A stretch of 64,000 bases of DNA, from contig OZ024742.1 of NCBI GenBank assembly GCA_964016885.1, forward strand, positions 8,804,001 to 8,868,000, in the 5' to 3' direction. Below the pieces are notes generated by a model. The model did no database searches. It worked only from the letters and a program-made list of their open reading frames with translations, and was not told the DNA's origin. Position 1 is the stretch's first letter; every line of letters starts with the position of its first letter. Source of the DNA: Eledone cirrhosa. Lineage: Eukaryota. Made by a program: the position numbers and the translations under genes. This document shows positions 13,548 to 25,670 of this stretch, piece after piece.

Positions 13548-15684
13548 CAGGCATACCAAGCATGCGGCCCTTTCCAAGCACACCTGCCGCCCGCACAAAG
13601 ATTTTTATAGCGCGAACATGTTTTATTGTCGTAAAAAAAAAAAAAATCTTTTCGATACGATTGTTTTTTTCTGTGCAATTTTAGTCAACTACTTTTAATT
13701 TCCGATGAATCACACGCAGCTCATTAACAGTTATAAACAGAAAACTTTGTTTCAAAATTTAAAAAGTTTTTTTCTTTTAAAATGTCTAGTGCTCCTCCAG
13801 CTAAGAGAAAAAAGAAATTGAACGAAGAAGGGCGAGTGTTTCAAGAAAAGTGGGAATTGCAGTATTCATGCACAACGGTGAACAGATACACGGTCTAATT
13901 TGCAACAACTGCATCACCACACCAAAAGAGTACAATTTGAAAAGACATTATGAAACGAACCATCGATTTTACGGTAAATATGAAGGCCCAACGTGTGTTT
14001 CAAGACTCAAGGAATTGAAGGTTAACTTGACACAGCAACAGACCTGTTTTATGTAAATTCAGGAAGAGAATGTCCCTTCCGTTACTGCAAGCTATGAACT
14101 CAGTCAAATGATCGCCATGAGTGGGAAATCTTACAGGGAAAAAGATTTTGTAAAGCAATGTCTTGTAAAAACAGCTGAAATTGTCCAGAGAAAGCAGAGT
14201 TATTCAAAGACATTTCATTAACCAGGAACACTGTTCCTGAACAGATTGAAGAAATGTCAGGTGATCTGAAACAACAGTTAAAGGATGTATCATCAAGGTT
14301 TGAACATTTTTCTATTGCTATTGATGAGACTGTTGACATCACTGGTATAGCACAACTTGAATTCTTCATAAGGGTCTGTAACAGTGAATTTAATATTTAT
14401 GAAGAACTGATTGAACTGGTCCTCATGCATGACACTATAACAAGCCAGGACATCTTTGAGAAGGTCGAACAGGTTCTGCATGACTATGATTTTGATTTAC
14501 GTAAACTTGCATGATAATCTACTGACGGTGCTGCGAATATGGTTGGCAGACATAATGGTGTTACTGTCAAGTTACGAACAAAAATAGAAAACACGCATCC
14601 AGGTTCATCATTTGCACATTTTCACAGTTTAATTCATCAGTAAAATTTGTGTTCAAAGAGACAAACAAATAATTATGTTTTTGGAGACGAAAGGTCAAAA
14701 CACAGATGAAATAAAAGATGAAAGTTGGCTCCAAGATCTGGCTTTTGCTGTGGATATTACTGCACAATCAACTGATCTTAATTTGAAATTACAAGGTAAA
14801 AACAAACTCATCACTCAGTTGTATTGTCAAATTAAATTTTTGTTCATTTCCCTACGTGGCCGAAAAACACTGCCAATACTGAGTCTGTACTTAGTTTAGC
14901 TAAATATGACAGTCACCTGGAATTGTTGTCAAAGGAATTTCAGGAAAGATTTTGTGATTTCTCATCTTTTACACATCGGTTTGTATTATTCTCAGCACCA
15001 TTCACCTTTGATGTTGCCAAGGCAGATGGAACTATTGGAAATGCAGTCAGATTCTACACTCAGAGCAAAGTATCTTGAAGTGGGGATACCTGGTTCCTTT
15101 TCATACCTTCCTGAAATGTTTAAAAACTTCAGAAAGTTTGCCACAAAGATTATGGCAATGTTTGGTTCTACCTATGTGTGTCAACAGTTATTTTTCATTC
15201 ATGAAATTAACAAATACTTCTCAGAGAACAAGGCTGACTGATCAAAACTTGTCATCTCTGATCAAAGTCGGAACTGTACAGACATTTCAGCCACGCATAA
15301 CCAAAGGTTGTCAACAAAAACAGGTGTGAAGCCTCAGGACAAAACACTAAAAATGGTTGAATAGTAGCAAATAAATGTTCACTTTTGAACTGTTGTAATT
15401 TTTGTACAATGTATTTGTTGCTGTTGCAAGCTGCAAGTATATGTTGACATTTTAAATTTTAGTTTTTTGTCAAACCACTTCATTACTTTGTATTCATGAA
15501 TGCTGCTAAAACATTTGTATATACACTGTATGGTTCTAAAGTTAAGTAACAAATCTTTCTGCAATAAATTTTAATGAATGATTTTAATTAGTTGTAATGT
15601 GCACAATTAGTTGTCGTGTGCGGCCCACAGACAGCACATATGTGATCTCTGCGGCCCTCGGGGGGGCTCAGTTAGACATGCCTG
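13548..15684 (+). mobile_element. hAT DNA transposon (Charlie/Buster group), decayed
   Basis: TIRs CAGGCATACCAA / TTAGACATGCCTG; subterminal TGCGGCCC motifs at both ends; degenerate 8-bp TSD ATCTAGAC / ATTTACAG resembling the Charlie NTCTAGAN target. Confidence 0.88.
13782..15329 (+). pseudogene. hAT transposase pseudogene (GTF2IRD2/EPM2AIP1-like)
   Basis: Frameshifted fragments: MSSAPPAKRKK..RVFQEKWELQY, zinc-finger-like LICNNC..KEYNLKRHYETNH, FSIAIDETVDITGIAQL, STDGAANMVG, WLQDLAFAVDIT, MFGSTYVCQQLF. Confidence 0.9.
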
Positions 15685-15690
15685 ATTTAC

Positions 15691-15845
15691 AGTACTTCAC
15701 TGGTACTGTATGGTTTTATCCAGCCGTGAAAGATAATTAGTAGCGGTAACTTCGACGAAAATTGAACTCAATACGTGATGGAACACTATGAAATACCACA
15801 AATCATTTCTGTCTATGCTCTAGCGATTGTACCTATCAACCGCTT
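15691..15845 (-). mobile_element. Old degenerate SINE copy
   Basis: CACTGGTACT..TTTTATC..GTGAAAGAT..TTGAACTCA in the same order as the 13087 SINE. Confidence 0.55.
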
Positions 15846-16235
15846 GACTCTAGAACGACATAGAGATAGGGGAGAACAGATGTTATTAATAGGTATGGGG
15901 GATAGATGTGTATTCAAAGACCCAGTGTTCGGTGACGACGCAGCAGTCCTCTAATAACAATGATTTCTACTTCTGGCAGAAAGCCACAAATATTAACTAG
16001 ATAAATGTATTGCCTGCATCGATCGCAGTACTTGACTTCTAGTTCATTTATCAACCCCCAGAGAGATGGATGACAACACCGACCCCGTCTCACTACTTCA
16101 TACAAGCTCACACAGCATTCACATATATGCATGTGTATTTGAGAGTTCCTCTATATGTGCAACGTGTGAGTATCGTCTCGTCTACGTGTATGTGTGTGCA
16201 CACACGCGCGTACATGTGTATAATGTATACGCATG

Positions 16236-16764
<529 letters not shown>

Positions 16765-16973
16765 CGGTCGACGCAGATACAAGTCGCTAAAATACCGGCC
16801 GCCCTCTTGTCTCTGATATAAACACCAAAGATTTTTATCTGATATATTCCTTCGTTATATTTTGAATTACCTGGTGATGTCACCAGATTCATACTGAACC
16901 CGGTCATTGAAATGATCATAGCAAAATAAACCTTTCAAGGATTTACACCAAAACATGCCTCCTGTTATTTTGT

Positions 16974-17004
<31 letters not shown>

Positions 17005-17039
17005 TTATATATGGTGGAACTGCCATTTTTATACATGAT

Positions 17040-19633
17040 TCCTTTACAGCAGATGGCAACACAACATTCTCCAATGGCTACTGTGAATCAGTCACTGTGC
17101 ACAACAAAGCCAATGATCTGATATTACTTGGGCTATACAGGCCACCACAAACACCCATAATCTGCTTCAAAGAGTGCCTCAACAGTATTAAATGCTATTA
17201 TTAAACAGTGTAACATTCTAGCAACATACTTTTGATGGGAGTCTTTAATCTACCCTGTGTTGATTGGTCTACATGTAGTTTGAAACCAGGCTCCACAGTC
17301 TAAACCACTGACAAAGAAGCAGTCGAGCCACTTCTTGACTTCATGAATGAGTTTTTCTTATCCCAACTTGTCCTTGCACCAACAAGGCATTAGAAGAACA
17401 TTCTGTATCTAGTGTTTAGTAACCACACTAAAACTATCCATAATATTACAATGGAAAAAACCCTTCTCTCAGACCATGACATGGTGCTTTGTAACCTGAG
17501 ATTCCACCAGCCGAAAGCTAATCCCAGAGACCTCTTTCCAGCCCACCCATTTGATAACATGGATCTCTACAATGCAAACTGGGATGCAATTATGAACGAA
17601 CTATCACATGTCGACTGGTCTTTTACACACGCACACATTTCCACCAACATCAAAACATCTTGGCAGATCTTTGTAGACACTGTCACAAATATATGTACAA
17701 AACACACCTCATGGTGGGCCATTGAGAAAATCAAACTCAACCCCAAAGTGTTATTTTCATTTGCTAAAAAACACAAGGTCACCGTCTCCACTGTTGGCCC
17801 TCTAGTTGAATGAAATGGCACACTCCAAGATAATGCCAAAACCATGGGCGAAATACTGCAGAAACAATACCCCTCTGTTTTCAGCAAACCTGATATGGCC
17901 GATCTGGGCTGTATCAGTGATGTTAATCCCCAACACACTATATCAGACATAACGTTTGGCACCCATGATGTCTTAGCGGCAATAAACGAAATTAAACACA
18001 ATTCAGCTGTAGTGCCCGATAGGTTTCCTGCTTGTGTCCTGAAGGTGTGTCGACAGCAACTTGCACCTCCTCTTGCTAATCTGTGGAGGAACTCACTAGT
18101 TACTGGCTATATTACTGAAAACTTTCTATCCCAGTCCGTTGTCTCAGTCTTCAAAAAGAGAAATAAGTCCCTTGCAGTGAACTACCATCCGATCTCACTC
18201 ACCTCTCATATTATCAAGGTATTTGAGAGGGTGGTGAGATCACGAATAACCCACTTTCTTTAAAGCAATGGCCTGCTGAACTCCAACCAACATGGGTTCC
18301 GTAATTGAACGGACTGCCTGACGCAGCTCCTGCATCACTTTGACGATGTTTTGAGAGCCTTGGGAGAGGGGTCCAACACTGATGTAATCTACCTTGATTT
18401 CAGAAAGGCCTTTGACAGGGTTTATCATAAGATTTTACTAAAAAAAACAATCTAATGTTGGTGTCTCTGGAAGGTTACTACAGTGGAACAAATGTTTCCT
18501 GACAGGCAGAACCCAGCATGTTGTAGTCGAAGGAGTAAAATCGAGCCCTGCCAAAGTCAGCAGCGGCGTCCCACAAGGCACTGTGTTGGGCCCACTTCTT
18601 TTCATCGTCAACATTAATGACATTACTGATGACATCATCAAGCATAGCAACGTAAGAATCTTTGCAGATGATTCCAAGCTCCAAAGGGTCATCAATGAGG
18701 TGGGTGACCGGACTTGCCTTCAGTCAGACCTACTGGCTGTTATCCAATGGGCAGAAATGAATAATATGCTGTTGAATGAAGATAAATTTGAATTAATCCA
18801 CTTTGGAAAAAATGATGCCCTGAAACTACCATACTCTCTTCCTTCGGGTGAAACTCTAGTGGCATCCAATAACATCAGAGTCCTGGGAGTAATTGTGGAC
18901 AACAACATAAGCTGGGCCACTCATATAAACAGCAAAGTTGACATGGCCCACATAATGTGATTCCTGGATTCTCAGAACTTACCAGTCGAGAGATATCCAC
19001 ACTGTTATCCTTCCCTTCTCCACATTTGCCCGACTCCACCTTGAATACTGTTGTCCACTGTGGTCTCCCCACACGAAACAAAGGATCATGAAAGTTGAAG
19101 CACCCCAAAGGTCAATTACAAAAAAGATAGATGACATGACAGGCCTTGACAATTGGAGTCGATTAGAAAAGCTCAAACTTTATTGTCTCCAACGTCGCCG
19201 TGAGCGCTACATTATCTGCATGATGTGGAAAATATTCCACCACCTTTGCCCAAATTATGTTGGCATCACCTTTAATGTACACCCAAGGCTTGGGCCCCAT
19301 GCTATCCGCCCACGACAAAAATCTCACATGCAAATCATAACAACAATACGGCACAATTATTTCACCTCAATTGGCCCTGCACTCTTTAACATTACACTAA
19401 GACACATCAAAGTAGAGACAGACCCATCAAGTTCAAGACGTCTTTGGACAAATTCCTTCAAGAAATCCCGGATAAACCTCCTACACCCGGATATGCGTCC
19501 GTAAACAATAACTCTCTGCTCGAGTGGACCATGGTGACCAGACACTGATTTGTAAGACTTCGCCAGGTGGTGCAATTAAGTTAGACATGGCCTGGGCCAA
19601 TACTGGCCGAAACCTATCAAAGTTATCAAAGTT
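17040..19633 (+). mobile_element. CR1/L2-group LINE, 5'-truncated and degenerate (APE endonuclease + RT)
   Basis: Fragments LGLYRPP, LSDHD, NYHPISLTSHIIKVFE, QHGFR, YLDFRKAFDRV, SGVPQGTVLGPLLF, FADDSKL, LQRRRER; many stops. 3' hairpin GGCCA-ATAC-TGGCC and short tandem tail (TATCAAAGT)2; (TA)n on both flanks. Confidence 0.9.
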
Positions 19634-19889
19634 ATATATATATATATATTGATTTCTCCAATATGGCTGACTAAATACTTACGTGCTTTTTCTAAAGAAT
19701 TATTTTTCCATTCCTTCCTCTTCTTAATCTCTACTTTCCTAATTCTTTTATTCCTCGTCCTATCTTCTCATGAAGGAGTAGTTTCCGAAACAAAAGGAAC
19801 CTTTTCCGCCTATATCAAGTATATATATAAGTTATTCCGGGTTGAATCAGAGGTAACCACAGTAAGTAAAGTACTCAATACATTGTAGA

Positions 19890-19937
<48 letters not shown>

Positions 19938-19955
19938 GAAGGAGGAAAGGGGAAG

Positions 19956-21713
19956 ATGAACTTACAGCTTCCCCCTGTCACTGTCACAGTAGCAGAGGCC
20001 AAGAAGAAAGGTCAGCCAGAGGAAGAATTCTCTCCACCTGTTAACCGACAACTTGACGTTGCCATGGCAACAACCCAAAGAACCAGCAGCAACAGCAACA
20101 ACAACAACAATGCGACGGACGAAAACAACACCAATAACAATAACAATAACAACAACAACAAGACCAATAACGGTGACAACAACAACAATGATAACAACAA
20201 CACCACCAACGACAACAACAACACAAACAAACAAAATTTCTCCTTCGCCGAGACGACAAGGAAAACCCTCGACTATCTGCCAGTAGATATAACAAAAGCG
20301 AAGGAGCTACTGGCGGATGCGAAAAAATATATAGTGTACGGGGAAAATGGTTCATTCACAATCCATTCCCCCCCCCCCCCCCCCGGAACTAAAAAGCCAG
20401 AGACTCCTAAACACGGTCATGTTTAGGACAATCTCGAACAAAAGTAAAAAACCAGCTCAACCATCACAGAGCGAGATAGAGCTGGTTTTAAAAGACGTCA
20501 TGAAGGACATCACCTTCATTCAGAAGGATAGACTCTACGGGAGTCTATCCATTCTCATGAAGGACAGGGACACAGCAGTGAAACTGTCCATCAAACCAAT
20601 CACATCCACCGCATACACCTTCTACCCTACGTACATGGGTAGAAGAACACAAAAAATAAAAATCCACACCATCCTGCCGATTATGGACATATGGTGGGTT
20701 TTGACAGGTTTTCTGGACCTGGAGGATGACATGCTGGTGTCCATGGGAAAGGCATCGGGTGACGCGTTCAGTGGAACGAGCCTCGAACTTGTAGTTCAAA
20801 TGAGGCCCGAAAGGATCGCCCAGATCCCTGAACGCGTCATACTGGATGATCTAACCTTCATCAACATTACCGTTGAGGGTAGACGGCCCTCGTGTTACCT
20901 CTGCGGAACCAGAGGTCACCTGAGGGCTGTCTGTCCCCAACTTAATAAGAAAACCCCAATCCTGCCTACACCACCAACAACTGCACAACCAACACAATCA
21001 CCACAACTACCACTACAAAAACAACCACCACAGCTCAAACCAAAACAAAACAATGTCCAACCCATCCCCTCCACTCAAAAAACAAAAACAATTTCCAAAA
21101 CACCCGTACCGCAAACACAACCCGAAAATATACCCCTCCCCCCCAACGCGGAAGATGACGCTAGTTCGTCGTCAGACGAGGAGGAGCACTTCCACACAAT
21201 CAAAAGAAAAAAAAGAAAACACACCTCAGACACACAAATGAAAAAAAACCCTCCCCAAAACATAACACTGACACCAACACAAAAGAGCTCACAACAACAG
21301 CAAACAAAAACACCACACAAAAACAAAAACATGCATATACATACATAAATACAAGATACAAAAAACTGTTAAACATTGTGTACAACAACAATCTAATAAA
21401 AACACAAGGGCCTAACTTCACCCAGGCAGGGGATTTCCCCCACCTCAAAATGATTAAGGCCCCACAGGACACCTATAAAACTTTAAAAAAGAATTTGAAA
21501 GAGGACGTGGGTCCCCCCTGCGTCGGGCCCATTAACCGCGTCCTCCTAAAAAACTATCCCACCCCCTCCTCAAACACCCACACAACTCCAAGCTCCCCAA
21601 TCACACAACACACTGATGCCCCCACACTTCCACAAACCACCACCCCACCCAACAACCCATCCCCCACCCTAATGGAAATTGTGCAGCCCGATACCCGGGA
21701 CGCAGAGAGGTAA
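19956..21713 (+). pseudogene. Tx1 ORF1 (Asn-rich N-terminus, CCHC knuckle), frameshifted
   Basis: Pieces 19956-20426, 20347-21348 and 21378-21713; CYLCGTRGHLRAVC zinc knuckle. Shifts lie at or near the poly-C (~20370) and poly-A (~21241) runs, so they may be sequencing artefacts. Confidence 0.8.
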
Positions 21714-21737
21714 GTGCCTTTTCTCTTCACCACCAAC

Positions 21738-24700
21738 ATGGCTATAGATGTGATGGTTATTTGCGAGGCCCGGATCAGCAACGTGCGACGGCTGCCCCCC
21801 ACCTTTGATGACTTTGAGATGCACGCATCTCTCTGTCAGCCCGGAGGTGGGGGTGGAGTTGTCGTTCTGCTGCAAAAACATCTGGGTCTCGCAACACAGA
21901 TGGTACATTTGGACCCGGAGGGTCGACTAGTGGTTCTGGACCTTGGCAGTGGTAAAGGCGGAGCGTTTAGGTTGGTAGCCGCCTACGGCCCTTTCGGGTC
22001 AATGCGGCCGGACTTCTTCCATCGTCTGGAGACTTTTCTAGGGACGTCCCGCTCCTTGCTATTAGTGGGGGACTGGAATGGTATCCTAGATGCACGCTGG
22101 GACTACGTAGGGGCCTGCCCCGATAGAGAGGGGTGTAATAGCCTCAAAGGGTTAATCGGTCGATTTGACCTGGCCGATAGATACCGACTAGATTTTCCGA
22201 CTGCGCCAACCTGGACTTGGGCAAATCGTAGCGGATCATCTAGGTCGTACCTAGATAGGTTCTTAGTTAGAATTAAGGATAAGGACTTTTTAAGTTGTCC
22301 AAAAATGCGCATGGTTGGCTATTCAGACCACAAATTAGTGACCTGCATGGTCAACCTTGACAGAACTCATAGACAGAGCCCCGGTTACTGGAAGCTCAAC
22401 TTGTCCTTGCCGGCAAGTAGAGCCTACAGGAATCGGATTAGTACGTTAGTTAAGGAACGGTTGACTGGAGCGATCGTCAACAGCAGGTGGTGGGTATCTC
22501 TAAAGAGAGAGATTAGAGTAGTCTCGATAGAATTTAGTATGGTTCTAGCTGCGGATAGGAATAGGAAGGAAAGGGAGCTAATAGATAGAGTAGAAGAGGC
22601 AATTAGAAGCGGCGACGTGGCCAGAGTGCTAGCGTCGAGAACGGCTTTGAGCCAGTTTTTCGACGCGAAGCACGAAGGCTGCGTTGTCCGAAGTAAAATA
22701 CGTACTCTAGGGAACGAGGGGACCAAAGCTGTTAGCTGGGCCCGCGTGACAGAGGCCAACAGTGGAACTAAATCCACCATCCGGTCTTTGCGAGACCTGG
22801 ATGGACGGGCGATTCTTGAGCCTAAGCAGATGTGTGAGGCCTTTCAAAGGCACTTTGCCCGACTGTTCGGGAGGGGCGGGGAGCCGGTTGGGAACGTGGA
22901 CTTCGGTCCATACCTCGACGGCCTGCCGCGCCTCTCGGACAGGGAGGCGAAGTCCTGCGAGGAGCCGATTTCGGTCGCTGAGATAGAGGACGTGCTGAGC
23001 CAATGCGGCAAACGCAAATCCCCGGGTCTCGATGGTCTTCCTTACGAATTATATCTAGCTATGCCGGACTTGTTCCCCGATCTCCTCGAGGCGGTCTACT
23101 GCAACTGGCAACAGAACGGGAGAATTCCCTGTACTGTGAGCAAGGGCGTAGTCACGCTAGTGAGGAAGGACGAGAACAAGGGGGACGAAATAAGTAACTT
23201 CAGGCCCATAACACTGCTAAATACAGAGTTACAGATTTTGGCCAAGGTGCTAGCAAAGAGGTTGGCGCTTGTCGTAGGCAACCTGGTGGGAGATGCGCAG
23301 ACATGCGCTATCCCGTCCAGGTCCATCCATGACAACCTCCACCTCATGCGATACATCATAGAGAGGGTTGGGAACGAACCCGGCTTTGGTGGGGCTCTGA
23401 TCAACTTGGATCAATCTAAGGCGTTCGATAGGGTCGACCATGGTTACCTGGATGCGGTGCTAGCGGCGGCAGGCTTCGGACCCGTTTTCAGGGGCTGGAT
23501 CACTGCTATGCACAGCAGCCGCATCTGCTCTAGGGTCAAAGTGAACGGCTACCTCTCGGAGCCGTTCAAAATCGCGCGGTCCATCCGACAAGGGTGCCCT
23601 CTCTCCTCCCTTCTGTATGTGTTGACTCTCGAGCCACTACTGCGGAAGTTGGAGTTGTTGCAGGGCATCCCTTTGGAACCGGGATTGCGGAAAGCGGTGT
23701 CGGCCTACGCCGATGACGTGACAGTAATGGTGTCGACGGCCTCCGAAATCGAGGCGGTCGGCACCTTACTGGAGGAGTATGAAAAGTTCACAGGGGCTAA
23801 GCTGAACCGGGACAAGTCGATCGGTTTGCAACTCGGCACGTGGAGGGGCAGACCGATGCCCTCCGATGGCGTCGTCGGACGCTGGACGGAGGGCCCGGTG
23901 AAGTTGCTCGGGGTCTGGTTCGGACCGGACCTCCAGGTGGAGAAAAACTGGGCGGAGGTTACGAACAGGGTGTTTGCACTGACCCAGAAGTGGGCCAGTT
24001 GCAAACTATCCCTGAAAGGTCGGGCGGAGGTGGCGAACACCTACATAGCGTCCGTCATCTACTACCGCCTGACCGTAGTGCCCTGCCCAAGGGAAACCCT
24101 CACCAAGATGGAGCGCGCGCTCTTCCAATTCCTTTGGAAGAGGCGGGCTCCTATGGTGAGGAGATCCATCTGCTGTCAACACCCTTCGAAAGGAGGGCTG
24201 GGCATGCCGTGGCTAATGATGCGTAAACACGCATTAAGGCTACGGCACCTCTACGTATTCCTCACCGGACAACCGGTGTGGGCCTCGTTTGTGAGACGAA
24301 CCTTTCCCAGACTCGTCTCACTCACCGAGCTGCAATCCTGGGTCAAGCAAAGACCGAGAAAACTGGGCGCCTGGCACACTCAGTGTGCCCAGGCGCTCAC
24401 CGCCCTCTGGCAGGCGGATCCGGTTATTAGTGGAGACTCCACCGCAACATTCTATAGAGGGCTGGTACGCAGCAGGTGCGACGACGCTCTCGGAGAAGCC
24501 CTAGACATGGAGGAGGACGAACTGGCCAGCCTGTTCGGTAGGACATTCAGCCCGGGACCTATGGACAACTTCCAGAAGTCCCTGGCCTGGCAGTGCTACC
24601 GAGGGGCTTTACCCGTTCGAGAAAGGCTCTACAGACACGGGCGCCCGGGTAGGGACCCCGCCAAAAAGATCTGTCCCAGATGCGTGTGCGACGAGGAAAC

Positions 24701-25088
24701 CGTTGCACACGCATTGGTACACTGCTCGGGAGTAGCCGATCTGTGGGGCTATGTCGAACAACTGCTGTCAAGGGTGGGACCGATCCGGTTGACCACCGAG
24801 TCTATTGTAATGATCAAGCCGCCTCCCCCCTTCAAAGATGAAGCAGAGGCGGTGTTTCTGTGCGTAATAGCCATGGCGAAAGAGGTTGTATGGTGGACGC
24901 GTCTGAAAGGACTGAGGTCAGGCACCTTTCTCTCTGGCCAACAACTGGTCCGTTTCTTCCGATATCATTTCGGAAGAAGGATCAGGAGGGAGAAAGAGGT
25001 GCTGCACCCCAACCGTTTTTATGAAAGATGGGTGAAAGTGGCGAGAATGGCCCGTGTGAATGGGCCTTCACTCTACATCAGACTATAG
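21738..25088 (+). CDS. Tx1 ORF2: APE endonuclease, reverse transcriptase, C-terminal zinc finger
   Basis: Uninterrupted ORF from ATG 21738: ICEARI, LLVGDWNG, YLDRFLV, SDH; KSPGLDG, FRPITLLN, LDQSKAFDRV, RQGCPLS, YADDV; CPRC..ETVAHALVHC. The N-terminal CxNxRGL motif is missing. Confidence 0.92.
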   Translation: MAIDVMVICEARISNVRRLPPTFDDFEMHASLCQPGGGGGVVVLLQKHLGLATQMVHLDPEGRLVVLDLGSGKGGAFRLVAAYGPFGSMRPDFFHRLETFLGTSRSLLLVGDWNGILDARWDYVGACPDREGCNSLKGLIGRFDLADRYRLDFPTAPTWTWANRSGSSRSYLDRFLVRIKDKDFLSCPKMRMVGYSDHKLVTCMVNLDRTHRQSPGYWKLNLSLPASRAYRNRISTLVKERLTGAIVNSRWWVSLKREIRVVSIEFSMVLAADRNRKERELIDRVEEAIRSGDVARVLASRTALSQFFDAKHEGCVVRSKIRTLGNEGTKAVSWARVTEANSGTKSTIRSLRDLDGRAILEPKQMCEAFQRHFARLFGRGGEPVGNVDFGPYLDGLPRLSDREAKSCEEPISVAEIEDVLSQCGKRKSPGLDGLPYELYLAMPDLFPDLLEAVYCNWQQNGRIPCTVSKGVVTLVRKDENKGDEISNFRPITLLNTELQILAKVLAKRLALVVGNLVGDAQTCAIPSRSIHDNLHLMRYIIERVGNEPGFGGALINLDQSKAFDRVDHGYLDAVLAAAGFGPVFRGWITAMHSSRICSRVKVNGYLSEPFKIARSIRQGCPLSSLLYVLTLEPLLRKLELLQGIPLEPGLRKAVSAYADDVTVMVSTASEIEAVGTLLEEYEKFTGAKLNRDKSIGLQLGTWRGRPMPSDGVVGRWTEGPVKLLGVWFGPDLQVEKNWAEVTNRVFALTQKWASCKLSLKGRAEVANTYIASVIYYRLTVVPCPRETLTKMERALFQFLWKRRAPMVRRSICCQHPSKGGLGMPWLMMRKHALRLRHLYVFLTGQPVWASFVRRTFPRLVSLTELQSWVKQRPRKLGAWHTQCAQALTALWQADPVISGDSTATFYRGLVRSRCDDALGEALDMEEDELASLFGRTFSPGPMDNFQKSLAWQCYRGALPVRERLYRHGRPGRDPAKKICPRCVCDEETVAHALVHCSGVADLWGYVEQLLSRVGPIRLTTESIVMIKPPPPFKDEAEAVFLCVIAMAKEVVWWTRLKGLRSGTFLSGQQLVRFFRYHFGRRIRREKEVLHPNRFYERWVKVARMARVNGPSLYIRL

Positions 25089-25395
25089 GTGAGGAAGATG
25101 AAAGACCAAGGGAGCACCCCTTCTCTGTGCTCCTGAGGAGAAGGGTTGCACACTTTTTTCGGGGGTGTGTGCGACCCCCCAAGGCGCCTCCTCTCTATTG
25201 AGGATTTTGTTAAAAATTTTATTTTTTGTTATATCTTATTTTATTTTTATATTTTGTTATTGCCTCCTCCTTATTGAGGACGCCTTTTTGTGTAAACTCC
25301 CCCCTTTGTACTTGTCCCACTTTTGATGCCCTAGTGGCAAATAAAAGAAACATATATATATATATATATATTATGTATATATTTATAGTATAAGA

Positions 25396-25670
25396 ATAAA
25401 GGAACAAAAATCAGTGTTGCATCATAACATATTTAATAACATATTACATGTTTCACTGTTGATCAGCTCCAGGCACGATCTATTATTGATCGAACCTGAC
25501 TCAGGAATCGAAAGATCCTCAGATATGCCTCAATACGTTTGTGTGAATCTTTCGATTGAAGAGTCAGGTTCGATCAATAATAGATCGTTCCTCGAGCTGA
25601 TTGACAGTAAAACATATGTAATATTTTATTTAATATGTTATGAATCAACACTGATTTTTTGTTCCTTTAT
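25396..25670. repeat. Long inverted repeat (~120-130 bp arms), probable Penelope-like terminal-repeat fragments
   Basis: ATAAAGGAACAAAAATCAGTGTTG..ATCGAAAGAT is mirrored by ATCTTTCGAT..CAACACTGATTTTTTGTTCCTTTAT. Confidence 0.85.
25440..25527 (-). ncRNA. Type I hammerhead-ribozyme-like motif
   Basis: Minus strand: CATAT-CTGAGGA-[long stem II]-GAAAC-AT-GTA-ATATG; perfect 5-bp stem I, palindromic ACATGT helix III, GUA site. The base of stem II is mismatched. Confidence 0.6.

Larger units (their letters stand above)
19935..25350 (+). mobile_element. Tx1 (L1-clade) non-LTR retrotransposon, copy 1 (subfamily A), near full length
   Basis: ORF1 + ORF2 + 3'UTR with AATAAA at 25340; (TA)n on both sides; no poly(A). 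Confidence 0.93.

Noticed and set aside
13782-15329. Domesticated host gene GTF2IRD2/EPM2AIP1
   Set aside because: Multiple stops and frameshifts with TIRs present indicate a dead transposon.
21711-21740. General stop-codon readthrough fusing ORF1 and ORF2
   Set aside because: In frame with a single stop only in copy 1; copy 3 is shifted by 1 nt and copy 4 has a second in-frame stop.
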